Below are positions 15,865-29,991 of a stretch of 32,000 nucleotides of DNA, piece after piece (positions within the stretch are counted from its first letter, which is position 1; each line of letters begins with the position of its first letter). Source of the DNA: Dubosiella newyorkensis (GTDB lineage: Bacteria; Bacillota_I; Bacilli_A; Erysipelotrichales; Erysipelotrichaceae); contig NZ_MPKA01000102.1 of the NCBI RefSeq assembly GCF_001945605.1, positions 1,006 through 33,005 on the forward strand, given 5' to 3'. The notes under the pieces were generated by a model that made no database searches, had not been told where the DNA came from, and saw only the letters and a list, made by a program, of their open reading frames with translations. A program made the translations under genes and the position numbers.

Positions 15865-16530
15865 ATGAAAAAGCAAATGACGAAGCTTCTTTGCTTCAGC
15901 TTGATGATCCTGCTTTCGGCATGCTCCATGCCAAAGATCACGACCGTCGAAGAAGCCAAAGTACAACAAGACAATACAGCTTCCACACTGAAGCCAAACG
16001 ATCTTTATTGGGAACCCAAAGATCCAACGCCTTATATTGCGTCGACCTACAACGCCCTTAGTAGCCAAGGCCTTGACGAACAAGGACAAGCCGAGGCCGT
16101 ATTGAAAGCGTTTTTAGCCGACTTTTTGACCCTCAGCAACAAAACGAGCGATGGCGATATTGGCGGACTCGATTATATTCCATCGAGCAGCGTTTCCGAT
16201 TTTGAAGAATACGCCAAATATTATTATTATGACGCCTACGCTGATCTTTTGACCAACCAAGGCAGCTCGGCTCTACCGGAAGTGACGAACATTGAATGCG
16301 AAAACATCCAGCCCGCCACGATTTCCTATATGGACCAAGATTATCCTGGATTTACGATGGATGCCAAGATCACGTATAAAAAGGGACAAGAGGCGTCCGA
16401 CTTTAAAACGAGCGCTAAATGTTCAATAATCAAGATGCAGGACATTCATTACGTTTCTAAAAGCGATGTCACAAGCGGCAAAGAAGCGGGTGAAGCAAAA
16501 AACGTATACAGAGTGATCCAAGTCGAATAA
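15865..16530 (+). CDS. Lipoprotein of unknown function
   Basis: Signal peptide with lipobox LLSAC (MKKQMTKLLCFSLMILLSAC); 221 aa. Confidence 0.8.
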   Translation: MKKQMTKLLCFSLMILLSACSMPKITTVEEAKVQQDNTASTLKPNDLYWEPKDPTPYIASTYNALSSQGLDEQGQAEAVLKAFLADFLTLSNKTSDGDIGGLDYIPSSSVSDFEEYAKYYYYDAYADLLTNQGSSALPEVTNIECENIQPATISYMDQDYPGFTMDAKITYKKGQEASDFKTSAKCSIIKMQDIHYVSKSDVTSGKEAGEAKNVYRVIQVE

Positions 16531-16539
16531 AGAAAACAC

Positions 16540-16563
16540 AAAGACACTTTGGTGTCTTTTTTT
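16540..16563 (+). terminator. Short terminator-like hairpin between the lipoprotein gene and the next gene
   Basis: agacac-tttg-gtgtct followed by seven T residues that run directly into the ggagga RBS of the next gene. Confidence 0.5.
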
Positions 16564-16575
16564 GGAGGAATCAAA

Positions 16576-17745
16576 ATGTTTGTACAACTGATCTGTAAAG
16601 ACCGCAACGAAAAAGAAATGAACGAATTATACGAAGTGCTAGGCGCGATCTGCCAACGAGAAGGGATCCAGATCGAAGACCGTGGAAACCAAGTCGAGAT
16701 CCTAGCTTGCCCGCAAGGAAAGATCATCGTTACCGAACAAGATGAAACAATGGTCTTAAGCGCCAATACTCGTCACGCGGGCGCTGGATTCCACGCCTTT
16801 GTGGTCGATATTTTCAAAGATATCGAAGAAGAAGTGCCAGGCGAATATGAGCTCATCGACGACCTTGAGTACGCCAACGATGAAGATTTTCATCGACTCC
16901 ATCACGTGTATGAAAACGAACTCGACTATTTACGCAATCTATTATTGACCGATCCAGAATTCCGCAAAAAAAACTATCTCTATGATGAAACGTATTTTTT
17001 GCCGATCGAAAAAGAAAACACCATATTGACACCTATTGGAGAAATGAGCCAAGACGAGTTGTTGAAGAAGGATCTACACGACCTTATGGACGCCTTCTAT
17101 GTTTGGAACGATTGGGACCGCGACGCCCAGTTCTATAAAAACGTCGCCTTGACGCTTCTTGCCAAAGAAGGAGTCGGCATGTATACGAACATGAACGAAC
17201 AAACAGAAAAAGTCGCGAACGAAGTATGCGATTATCTAGAAATCGCCTATGAAAAAGATCCATCGATCTTGCTTCCGCTCATCGAATATAAAGAATTGAT
17301 CGACCGATTAGGAAGAGAAGACAAGCTCAAAGAAGCCAAAGGCCTCGACAAACCCGCCATTCAATATCGCACCGAAGAAGTATATCACCTCTTCCAGGAC
17401 GCGAAAGTCGTCGCCCCAGGCGCTGCCGAAAGAAGCTATGATCCAATCAACGAATCGATGAATTTGATGGCTCCCTACATAGAAGAAGGACAATGGAGCT
17501 GGCTCATTCAAGCAAGCAAGAAACCAGACATAATCACTAATATGGAACATCTCCAAGAACAAGAGCCTTTGCAGATCCATGATAATATCGTATGGATCGA
17601 CGACTGGATGGAAGATGGCTACTATGTGATTGAAGCGATGCTTAGACACGATGAACAGTTCCTCTATTTCCACGATATTTGCGCCGATGAAAAAGAAGTC
17701 CCATACTTAAAAGAATGCATTTATAAAAGCGGATTTCAAAACTAA
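16576..17745 (+). CDS. Acidic cytoplasmic hypothetical protein (389 aa)
   Basis: ATG at 16576 lies 7 nt after ggagga. No TM segments and no motif I recognise. Core-like composition and a long codon-aligned antisense shadow support real coding. Confidence 0.7.
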   Translation: MFVQLICKDRNEKEMNELYEVLGAICQREGIQIEDRGNQVEILACPQGKIIVTEQDETMVLSANTRHAGAGFHAFVVDIFKDIEEEVPGEYELIDDLEYANDEDFHRLHHVYENELDYLRNLLLTDPEFRKKNYLYDETYFLPIEKENTILTPIGEMSQDELLKKDLHDLMDAFYVWNDWDRDAQFYKNVALTLLAKEGVGMYTNMNEQTEKVANEVCDYLEIAYEKDPSILLPLIEYKELIDRLGREDKLKEAKGLDKPAIQYRTEEVYHLFQDAKVVAPGAAERSYDPINESMNLMAPYIEEGQWSWLIQASKKPDIITNMEHLQEQEPLQIHDNIVWIDDWMEDGYYVIEAMLRHDEQFLYFHDICADEKEVPYLKECIYKSGFQN

Positions 17746-17762
17746 AGAAAAGAGAACTATAG

Positions 17763-17788
17763 AAAAAGCAGGACTCTGCCTGCTTTTT
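17763..17788. terminator. Bidirectional terminator
   Basis: aaaaagcagg-actctg-cctgcttttt lies between convergent genes. Confidence 0.7.
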
Positions 17789-17789
17789 C

Positions 17790-18770
17790 TTATTGAACAA
17801 AGTTGACATCTTGTTTTTGCGAAACCGTATAATTGATGAGCGCCTCACCATCTAGATCAAGCGATTTCGTATGCAGTCCATTGATCCTCTGATTCGCGTA
17901 CGTCGTCCAATAGAAATCCATTGTTTCTAGATTCGCGCCCGACGTATACTGCGTGATCTCATAAAGACCATCCGAAGTTTGATCGCAACCATTCGCTTGT
18001 CCGACCGACTGCATAATATGGAAATATTGACTCAAGCAATCTTCATCCGTCTTCTTGCTCATCGAATTGGCGACCGTGAAATCAGCCCGAACAAAACGCT
18101 CGACAGAACTCAAACCGCCAGGAAGACCATTCGAACCCATGCCAGTTCCATAAATCTCCAAATTTTCTGCTGGCGCGATCCGATTGTTTGGATACTTCGC
18201 CGTTAATCCTTGATAGTTGCAGAAATTGTAGTATTGGCTTGGGAATTCTGGCTGGTTGGTCAAAACATTTACTGGATTATCATAAATATGAAGACCATCT
18301 TTTGTTTGTTCGATCACGACTGTCGAATCTTTATCCGCGCATAACCAATGGAGCGGACTTGCCTGATATTTGTCAGAAACATTGATCGCCCGAATGTTGA
18401 TATTGGCAGCCAATTTCTTGATATCCGCGACCGATTTCGGCGAACTGAGAAGATAAGGAACCAACTCGAACGAACCAAGATTGACCTTTCCTTCCACATG
18501 TTCTGAATTATATTCGCAGAATCCAGAAAAGTTGAGTCCAGTCACACCTACGCCAAACTCGTTGACCCTTTCAAAATACAATGGAAAACCATCCGCGATG
18601 ATCGCCATCCCGACCATCGCCGCATGACTTTTGATCGCATCCGTTTCTTTGAATTCAAATGGATAATTTCTTGGCGTGACGGATACACAGTTGCCCATAG
18701 CGAACTGAAGATCTAAGTTTCGCCCAAAATAAGCGAGCCCTTCTTTGTTGTAGAGTACAGAAGTACACAT
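17790..18770 (-). CDS. Choloylglycine hydrolase family protein (bile salt hydrolase / penicillin V acylase type Ntn hydrolase)
   Basis: N-terminal MCTS with the Cys2 nucleophile, FGRNLD, and a 326-aa length typical of the family. Confidence 0.9.
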   Translation of the reverse strand: MCTSVLYNKEGLAYFGRNLDLQFAMGNCVSVTPRNYPFEFKETDAIKSHAAMVGMAIIADGFPLYFERVNEFGVGVTGLNFSGFCEYNSEHVEGKVNLGSFELVPYLLSSPKSVADIKKLAANINIRAINVSDKYQASPLHWLCADKDSTVVIEQTKDGLHIYDNPVNVLTNQPEFPSQYYNFCNYQGLTAKYPNNRIAPAENLEIYGTGMGSNGLPGGLSSVERFVRADFTVANSMSKKTDEDCLSQYFHIMQSVGQANGCDQTSDGLYEITQYTSGANLETMDFYWTTYANQRINGLHTKSLDLDGEALINYTVSQKQDVNFVQ

Positions 18771-18856
18771 AAATTTTCTCCTTTAACTATAAATCAATTA
18801 TATGCCATCGTTATAATGAAATGTATTAACAAGCTCATAATATTAAAACAGAGAAT

Positions 18857-18894
18857 AAAAAACGATAGAAAGAAACTGCTCTTTCTATCGTTTT
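18857..18894 (-). terminator. Rho-independent terminator after the LCP gene
   Basis: 10-bp stem cgatagaaag (18863-18872) / ctttctatcg (18881-18890), with an A-run at 18857-18862 that gives the U-tract on the minus strand. Confidence 0.7.
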
Positions 18895-18899
18895 GGTCT

Positions 18900-20876
18900 T
18901 TATTGAACTTCACCCTGCTCAGGAGTCGTCGGCTGTTCTGTTGGTGTTTGTTCTGGCACAGACTCTTCTGGAACCTCCGGAGCAGGTTCTTGCGGCGTAT
19001 CTGGTTCCGGTTGGCCTGGCGTCTCTTCTTGACTTGGCGCATCCTCTCCTTGACTAGGCTCTTGATTTCCACTCTCTTCTTCTTGCGGAAGAGATGGTGT
19101 ATAAACAGGCTGCTCGACTTGACTTGGCGCGATCACTTCGATCTGCTCGCTCTCCGCGCGGTTTTGTGAAACCGAAGCGTTGGAAGAATCGACGCGATCG
19201 ATCCCATAATATACATTGTAAGGATCAAGACGACCAGCGTCTTCGCTCGTGATCATATATTCGCTGCGCGCTTGCGGATCTTTATACGCAATGAGAGAAT
19301 GTGGATCTTTCGATAAGTTGAAACCAAACTTTTTAAGATTAGGCGTATAGAACATCCTCTGATAGGCATTATACACTTTGGAGAGATCTCCATTCGACAA
19401 CAAATAACAGCTTACTGGAAGACTTGGCATCGAAACCGTCGTCAACGTCGCATCCACCCCTCCTTTGAGCGTCAAAGAATCCACGCTCCAAGGCTTGATA
19501 TCGCTCAGCTGCTTTGAAATAAAAGCTTGCAGAGAGCTTAAAGGAATGTTGGTCGACACATATTTGGCCGCCACATTCATGACTCCGTTGATGTGGGCGA
19601 TCCCTTCTGGACTTGTGAGCTTATCCATGATCGCGTGAATGATCTGCTGCTGGGCATTTTCACGACCCGTATTTCCATAGCCTTCCGTCTTGCGATGACG
19701 AGAATAGGCGAGCGCTTCTTTTCCATTGAGAGTTTGGACGCCTTTTTTCAAATAGATCTTGTCTTGTTTCTTGAAACTTCGATTTTCGTCCTGTTCGCTA
19801 AAATCGATCTTGACATCGACTTTGACACCCCCTAAAGCATCGACAATATGAATGAGCGATTGGAAATTCATTTTCGCATAATAGTCGATCTCGATCCCGA
19901 ACGCTTCTTCGATCCCCTCCATACTGTTAAGCACTCCATCGTTGCCAAGATGGGTCAGCTTATCCGATCCATTCGCCATGGCAGGATTTGGCATATAACT
20001 ATCCCGAGGAATCGACACCGTGGTCATTTGATTGTTTTTTGGATCGACCATCACCAGAATATTGACATCGCTTCTCGCATCGAGATCCGGATCCTCTCCC
20101 TCGTCGATCCCCGACAAATAGACGACAAAGGGTTCTTTGGAAATATCGATCTCCGGAACTTTCGAAAGATCGATCTTCCGCGTGTCGCTAAACTCCTGAA
20201 GCTGACGAGTATCGGATTGAATCGATTTGTATCGTTCTTTGAGCATCATGATCCGATTGCTTGGAATGATCAGCGCGTCGATCTCGCCATTCATCAATCG
20301 ATCATACAGCTGCTGATAGTCGTTGAGATCCACATATTCGATCGGCGCGACTTCCGTATTGATCTGCGCCATCGCTACGCTCGAACTTCTAGAATCCATA
20401 TTGTTCGAATACCCGATCTTTTTATTGGCCAGCTCTTCGATCGAATGGATCGGCGAATCTGTTTTAACGAGCAGCGAAACATGGATCGTGCTTTGTGTTC
20501 CGCGCGTGATATCGTTGAACGCCCGATACGTATTGATCAGCGTATAGTCGCCAAAACCATAGAGAGCGACCAAAACGACCATCACGACTTTATAAAGCGT
20601 GGAACGCCAGCTTTTTTTCTTTCGCTTTTTTAAAAGCACAAAAAACAACACGTCCAACAGCAATAAAATCGTCCCAGCCGCCAGCATAAATCGAATATCG
20701 AGCATATGCAGCTGATAGATCAAAAAGATCAAGCCGATCGAAAGCGCGAACACGCAAGACCACAAGATCCAATCGAACAACTTCGAATTGGAAGCTTGTT
20801 TTTTAGGCGCTTTCTGTTTATTTTTATCTTCTTGAAGCGTTATTTTTTTCTTCTTCTTAAGGTCTACTTTCTTCAT
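18900..20876 (-). CDS. LCP (LytR-CpsA-Psr) family cell-wall glycopolymer ligase with an extra N-proximal extracytoplasmic domain and a P/E/Q-rich tail
   Basis: Lys-rich cytoplasmic N-terminus and TM helices. LCP core (DVNILVMVDPKNNQMTTVSIPRDSY...LTHLG...). C-terminal low-complexity PEPDTPQEPAPEVPEE tail. Confidence 0.88.
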   Translation of the reverse strand: MKKVDLKKKKKITLQEDKNKQKAPKKQASNSKLFDWILWSCVFALSIGLIFLIYQLHMLDIRFMLAAGTILLLLDVLFFVLLKKRKKKSWRSTLYKVVMVVLVALYGFGDYTLINTYRAFNDITRGTQSTIHVSLLVKTDSPIHSIEELANKKIGYSNNMDSRSSSVAMAQINTEVAPIEYVDLNDYQQLYDRLMNGEIDALIIPSNRIMMLKERYKSIQSDTRQLQEFSDTRKIDLSKVPEIDISKEPFVVYLSGIDEGEDPDLDARSDVNILVMVDPKNNQMTTVSIPRDSYMPNPAMANGSDKLTHLGNDGVLNSMEGIEEAFGIEIDYYAKMNFQSLIHIVDALGGVKVDVKIDFSEQDENRSFKKQDKIYLKKGVQTLNGKEALAYSRHRKTEGYGNTGRENAQQQIIHAIMDKLTSPEGIAHINGVMNVAAKYVSTNIPLSSLQAFISKQLSDIKPWSVDSLTLKGGVDATLTTVSMPSLPVSCYLLSNGDLSKVYNAYQRMFYTPNLKKFGFNLSKDPHSLIAYKDPQARSEYMITSEDAGRLDPYNVYYGIDRVDSSNASVSQNRAESEQIEVIAPSQVEQPVYTPSLPQEEESGNQEPSQGEDAPSQEETPGQPEPDTPQEPAPEVPEESVPEQTPTEQPTTPEQGEVQ

Positions 20877-20968
20877 AACATCACCAAAAGTATAGTAGCA
20901 TTTTTGTTAGAGAAAACAAAACAGAAGCATAGATGCAAATTATGTTAAAATGGTACAAGGTGATAGAA

Positions 20969-26150
<5,182 letters not shown>

Positions 26151-26160
<10 letters not shown>

Positions 26161-26468
26161 AAAGAGGGATCATTTTGGAAAAATTCAGCAATGAGTATTT
26201 TAAAAAGCTAGCCAATGATTTGCGTTTTGATTTGAATGACGAAGAGATCGAAGCGCTCAAGCGCGACTTTATCGAAGTGGAAAAACAAGAACGGCTTTTC
26301 GAAAGTATCGATACGGACGGGATCGAGCCGATGGTCTATCCGTTCGAGGCGCCAACGGTTTTTTTACGGGAAGATCAAGTCGAGGAAGTGCTTTCGCAAA
26401 AGGACGCGTTGGAAAACGCGGCTGATGTTCGAATGGGACACGTGCATGTACCAAAGGTGGTGAAGTAA
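26151..26468 (+). CDS. gatC: Asp/Glu-tRNA amidotransferase subunit C
   Basis: ...LANDLRFDLNDEEIEAL...ESIDTDGIEPMVYPFE...LREDQV follows the GatC pattern, directly upstream of gatA. The start is uncertain: ATG at 26151, or TTG at 26175 behind aagaggga. Confidence 0.85.
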
Positions 26469-26469
26469 G

Positions 26470-27852
26470 ATGAAGATCCATGAGCAAAAAAGCTTTCAGG
26501 AAGCGCGCGATCAATTGAAAGAAAGCCAAGCGGCTTTGAACGCGCTCGTAAGTATCTATGAGGAAAAAGAGCCTTCGAAAAGCGAAGGGAAACTAGCTGG
26601 AGTGCCTGTTGTTTTGAAAGACAACATCAACACGAAAGGGCATTTGACGACGGCTTCAAGCAAGATCTTAGAAAATTATGTGCCTGTGTATGATGCGACA
26701 ATCGTAAAAAAACTCAAAGAAGCGGGGGCTTCTATTGTGGCGAAAGCGAGCATGGACGAGCTTGGAATGGGCGGAACGAATCGAAACGCTTTGACAGGGC
26801 CTGTGCATAATCCATACGATCTAGATCGGATTTCAGGAGGAAGTTCGGGAGGATGCGCGGTCGTTGTCGCCAGCGGGATCGTTCCTCTTTCGATCGGGAC
26901 CGATACGGGGGATTCGATCCGTAAGCCTGCGGCCTATACGGGTGTGGTTGGTGTGAAGCCAACGTATGGCCGTATTTCTCGGTATGGGATCATTCCTTAC
27001 GCGAGTTCATTGGATACGGTGGGGTATTTTACGACGAATGTGGCGGATGCCGCTTTGGCGTTGGAAGTGCTTGCTGGACGAGACGATCACGATATGACTT
27101 CTTCGTATGAAGAAGTTTTAGAATATTCTCAGCTTTTGAACGCGGATCTAGAAGGGAAGCGGATCGGAATTTTTAAAACGGTCAACGAGGAAGTGAAAGA
27201 TCCGATCATCAAGGCAGGTTTTGAACAGTTGGAGGAAAAGCTTCGCGCCAAAGGGGCGATCCTTGTTGAAAAGAGGATGCCAGAACAATATATGAATTTG
27301 ATCGCGCCGGTGTATCGGACGATCGCCAATGCCGAAGCGACCGCGAACCATTCGAATTTGGATGGGATCCGGTTTGGGCGTCGTGAAAATGGCGAAAGCG
27401 TGGACGCGGTCATGACGAATTCGAGAACGGCTGGCTTTTCAAGTTATGTGCGGGCTCGTTTTGTGATCGGTTCATATTCGTTGTTTGAAGAAAATCAAGA
27501 TAAGCTTTTTAGAAAGGCGCAGAAGATTCGTCGTCTGCTCGTGAGGGCGTATGCTGATTTGTTCAAAGATATTGATGGTTTGTTGGCGATCGCGGCGCCT
27601 ACCCTCGCGCCAAAGATCAAGGAGAGCAGCGATTTACGCTTTCAAGAAGCTTCGTTCGCGGAAGATCATATGCAGTTGGGTAATTTTTCTGGCTATCCTT
27701 CGATGACGCTTCCTTTAGGCTTTGAGGATGGGCTTCCTTTTGCTGTGAATTTGACGTGCAGGCCGTTTGAAGAAGAAACGATGTTTGATTTGGCGGACGG
27801 CATTGAGGAGTGCACAGGGTTGGCAGGACAAGTAAAAGAGGTGAGAGCATGA
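26470..27852 (+). CDS. gatA: Asp/Glu-tRNA amidotransferase subunit A
   Basis: Amidase signature including GGSSGG and KDNI..KG..TTASSKIL. Confidence 0.96.
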   Translation: MKIHEQKSFQEARDQLKESQAALNALVSIYEEKEPSKSEGKLAGVPVVLKDNINTKGHLTTASSKILENYVPVYDATIVKKLKEAGASIVAKASMDELGMGGTNRNALTGPVHNPYDLDRISGGSSGGCAVVVASGIVPLSIGTDTGDSIRKPAAYTGVVGVKPTYGRISRYGIIPYASSLDTVGYFTTNVADAALALEVLAGRDDHDMTSSYEEVLEYSQLLNADLEGKRIGIFKTVNEEVKDPIIKAGFEQLEEKLRAKGAILVEKRMPEQYMNLIAPVYRTIANAEATANHSNLDGIRFGRRENGESVDAVMTNSRTAGFSSYVRARFVIGSYSLFEENQDKLFRKAQKIRRLLVRAYADLFKDIDGLLAIAAPTLAPKIKESSDLRFQEASFAEDHMQLGNFSGYPSMTLPLGFEDGLPFAVNLTCRPFEEETMFDLADGIEECTGLAGQVKEVRA

Positions 27853-29273
27853 GTCAGTATGATGTGACGATCGGGATCGAGATCCATTGTGAATTGAAGA
27901 CGAAAACGAAAATGTTTTCGAGCGCTCCTGTCTCGTTTGGGGAAGTGGCGAATACAAGTGTCAACGAGATCGACTTAGGGCATCCTGGAACGCTTCCGTG
28001 TGTGAACAAGGAGGCGGTCGCTTTAGCGATCAAAGCGTGCACGGGCACGCATTGCACGATTGATCCGCTCGTTCGTTTTGATCGTAAAAACTATTATTAT
28101 TCCGATCTTCCTAAAGGGTTTCAGATCACGCAGCAATTTTATCCGATCGGAAAAGACGGGTATGTAGAGATCGAAGTCGATGGAGAAACGAAAAAAGTCG
28201 GCTTGGAGCGGATCCATATGGAAGAGGACACGGCTAAGCAGTTCCATAAAGAGACGGGGACGTATATTGATTTCAATCGGGCTGGGGTTCCTTTGATCGA
28301 GATCGTTTCTAAGCCAGATATGCATTCGGCCAAAGAGGCGGCAGCCTATGTGGAGACGCTTCGCAAGATCTTGTTTTACTTGAATGTTTCGGATGTGAAG
28401 ATGGAAGAGGGAAGCATGCGTTGCGATGTGAATATTTCTTTGAGCGACGATCCTGAAAAGCTGGGCACGAAGGTCGAGGTCAAAAACTTGAATTCGATTT
28501 CGAATGTGCAAAAGGCGGTGCAGGCGGAGATCGAGCGTCAAAGCGCGCTTTTGGATGCGGGCGAAAAAGTGGAGCAGGCCACGAGGCGTTTTGACGAGGC
28601 GAGCAAGACGACAGTCTTGATGCGTAAAAAAGAAGGCACGGTCGATTATAAGTATTTTCCGGAGCCGAATATTTTTCCGATCCAGCTGGATTCCGCGTGG
28701 ATCGAGTCGATCCAAAATTCTTTGGAAGAGCTTCCGGATGCAAGGATCGAGAGGTTCATGGATTCGTTTGGGTTGAATGAGTACGATGCTTCCACGCTTG
28801 TGGCGGATCGAGATATGGCGGATTTCTATGAAGAAGTGATGAAGACGACAAAAGATGGTAAAAAGGCGGCCAATTGGGTGCTTGGCGATCTTTCGGCTTG
28901 GATGAACAAGCACAATCGAAAGTTTGACGCAATGCCTGTGCCGGCTAGCTATCTTTCGAGTTTGATCGAAGTGATCCAGTCGGGCAAGATCAGCGGAAAG
29001 CAAGGAAAGAGCGTCTTCGAAAAGATGATGGAAGGAAAAGATCCTCTTCAAGTCATTCAAGAGGAGGGCATGGAGCAGATGTCGGATGATTCGGCTTTGT
29101 TGGCGATCGTCGATTCTGTTTTGGATGCCAATCCGCAATCGATCGCGGACTATAAAAATGGAAAGGATCGCGCGATCGGCTTCTTGGTCGGTCAGGTCAT
29201 GAAAGCTTCGAAAGGAAAGGCGAATCCTAAGAAGACGAATGAACTTATTCGTGAGCAGCTTCAAAAACGATAA
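27849..29273 (+). CDS. gatB: Asp/Glu-tRNA amidotransferase subunit B
   Basis: MSQYDVTIGIEIHCEL, RFDRKNYYYSDLPKGFQITQ and a C-terminal YqeY-like domain. ATGA overlap with the gatA stop; the track start at 27810 lies inside gatA. Confidence 0.96.
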   Translation: MSQYDVTIGIEIHCELKTKTKMFSSAPVSFGEVANTSVNEIDLGHPGTLPCVNKEAVALAIKACTGTHCTIDPLVRFDRKNYYYSDLPKGFQITQQFYPIGKDGYVEIEVDGETKKVGLERIHMEEDTAKQFHKETGTYIDFNRAGVPLIEIVSKPDMHSAKEAAAYVETLRKILFYLNVSDVKMEEGSMRCDVNISLSDDPEKLGTKVEVKNLNSISNVQKAVQAEIERQSALLDAGEKVEQATRRFDEASKTTVLMRKKEGTVDYKYFPEPNIFPIQLDSAWIESIQNSLEELPDARIERFMDSFGLNEYDASTLVADRDMADFYEEVMKTTKDGKKAANWVLGDLSAWMNKHNRKFDAMPVPASYLSSLIEVIQSGKISGKQGKSVFEKMMEGKDPLQVIQEEGMEQMSDDSALLAIVDSVLDANPQSIADYKNGKDRAIGFLVGQVMKASKGKANPKKTNELIREQLQKR

Positions 29274-29283
29274 AGGTTGTAAG

Positions 29284-29311
29284 GCGGAAAGCGTTTGGTT
29301 TCCGCTTTTTT
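29284..29311 (+). terminator. Rho-independent terminator after gatB
   Basis: gcggaaa-gcgtttgg-tttccgc followed by tttttt. Confidence 0.8.
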
Positions 29312-29358
29312 CGTGGTATGATAACTAGAGAGTTTGAATTCGTTTGAGGAGGTTTTTT

Positions 29359-29952
29359 ATGCCTGAATTGAAAAAGATAAAGAAAAAGGTCAAAGCGCCC
29401 AAGTCGCAGAAGGTCAAGCAAGGTCATAAGCTTGTCTGGCTGACGTTGATCATTATCGCGATCCCTTGTGTTCTTGTGGGGTACGTGCTGATCACGAGCA
29501 TGGGCCAGCAAAATCAGCCAGTGATCGGCTCGCGCTTTGATCGGGGCGATATCGATCCGAAGATCAGCGAGGATCAGCTCAATCAGATCCAGCAAAGCTT
29601 GAGCGAGATCGGGGGCGTGGAAGGCGTGAGTGTCGATTTGAAGTCGGCGACGCTTCGCGCGCATTTGAATATTGCGGATGACGCGAGTCAGGATAGTGTC
29701 AACGCGATCGTGGAGGACGCGTATAACCGGATCGCCCAGATCCTTCCGATCGAGCAATATTTTACCAACAACGAGAATGGCAAGATGTATGATCTTGAAG
29801 TGGATGGGTATAATTACTTGGTGGATGAGGCGCATCCTCAAGAGAGCCAGATCTATATCAAGATCACGAAAACGGGCGCGGGGGAGAGAGTGGTGGATAT
29901 TCTTAGCCAGCCAAAGGATCAAGACCTCGTTAATCAGATCGTACGAGGCTAA
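29359..29952 (+). CDS. Membrane-anchored hypothetical protein (Lys-rich N-terminus, one TM, roughly 150-aa extracytoplasmic domain)
   Basis: ATG at 29359 follows gaggagg. MPELKKIKKKVKAPKSQKVKQGHK is followed by a TM helix (LVWLTLIIIAIPCVLVGYVLI). Confidence 0.7.
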   Translation: MPELKKIKKKVKAPKSQKVKQGHKLVWLTLIIIAIPCVLVGYVLITSMGQQNQPVIGSRFDRGDIDPKISEDQLNQIQQSLSEIGGVEGVSVDLKSATLRAHLNIADDASQDSVNAIVEDAYNRIAQILPIEQYFTNNENGKMYDLEVDGYNYLVDEAHPQESQIYIKITKTGAGERVVDILSQPKDQDLVNQIVRG

Positions 29953-29975
29953 AGAGCGTGTGCGCTCTTTTTTTT
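29951..29975 (+). terminator. Rho-independent terminator
   Basis: agagcg-tgtg-cgctct followed by a run of T residues. It overlaps the stop codon of the preceding gene. Confidence 0.7.
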
Positions 29976-29991
29976 GATAGGAGTAAGATGC

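Noticed and set aside
28023-29264. 413-aa ORF antisense to gatB, with similar long antisense ORFs at 29245-30423, 23010-23798, 331-1233, 1276-1755, 1736-2362, 19848-20633, 21257-21673 and 21695-22126
   Set aside because: Those I checked arithmetically are exactly codon-aligned with a well-supported gene on the other strand. Their products are low-complexity R/I/D/L/F-rich strings without RBS or motifs. They are explained by avoidance of TTA/CTA/TCA codons in the sense genes, so they are shadow ORFs, not genes.
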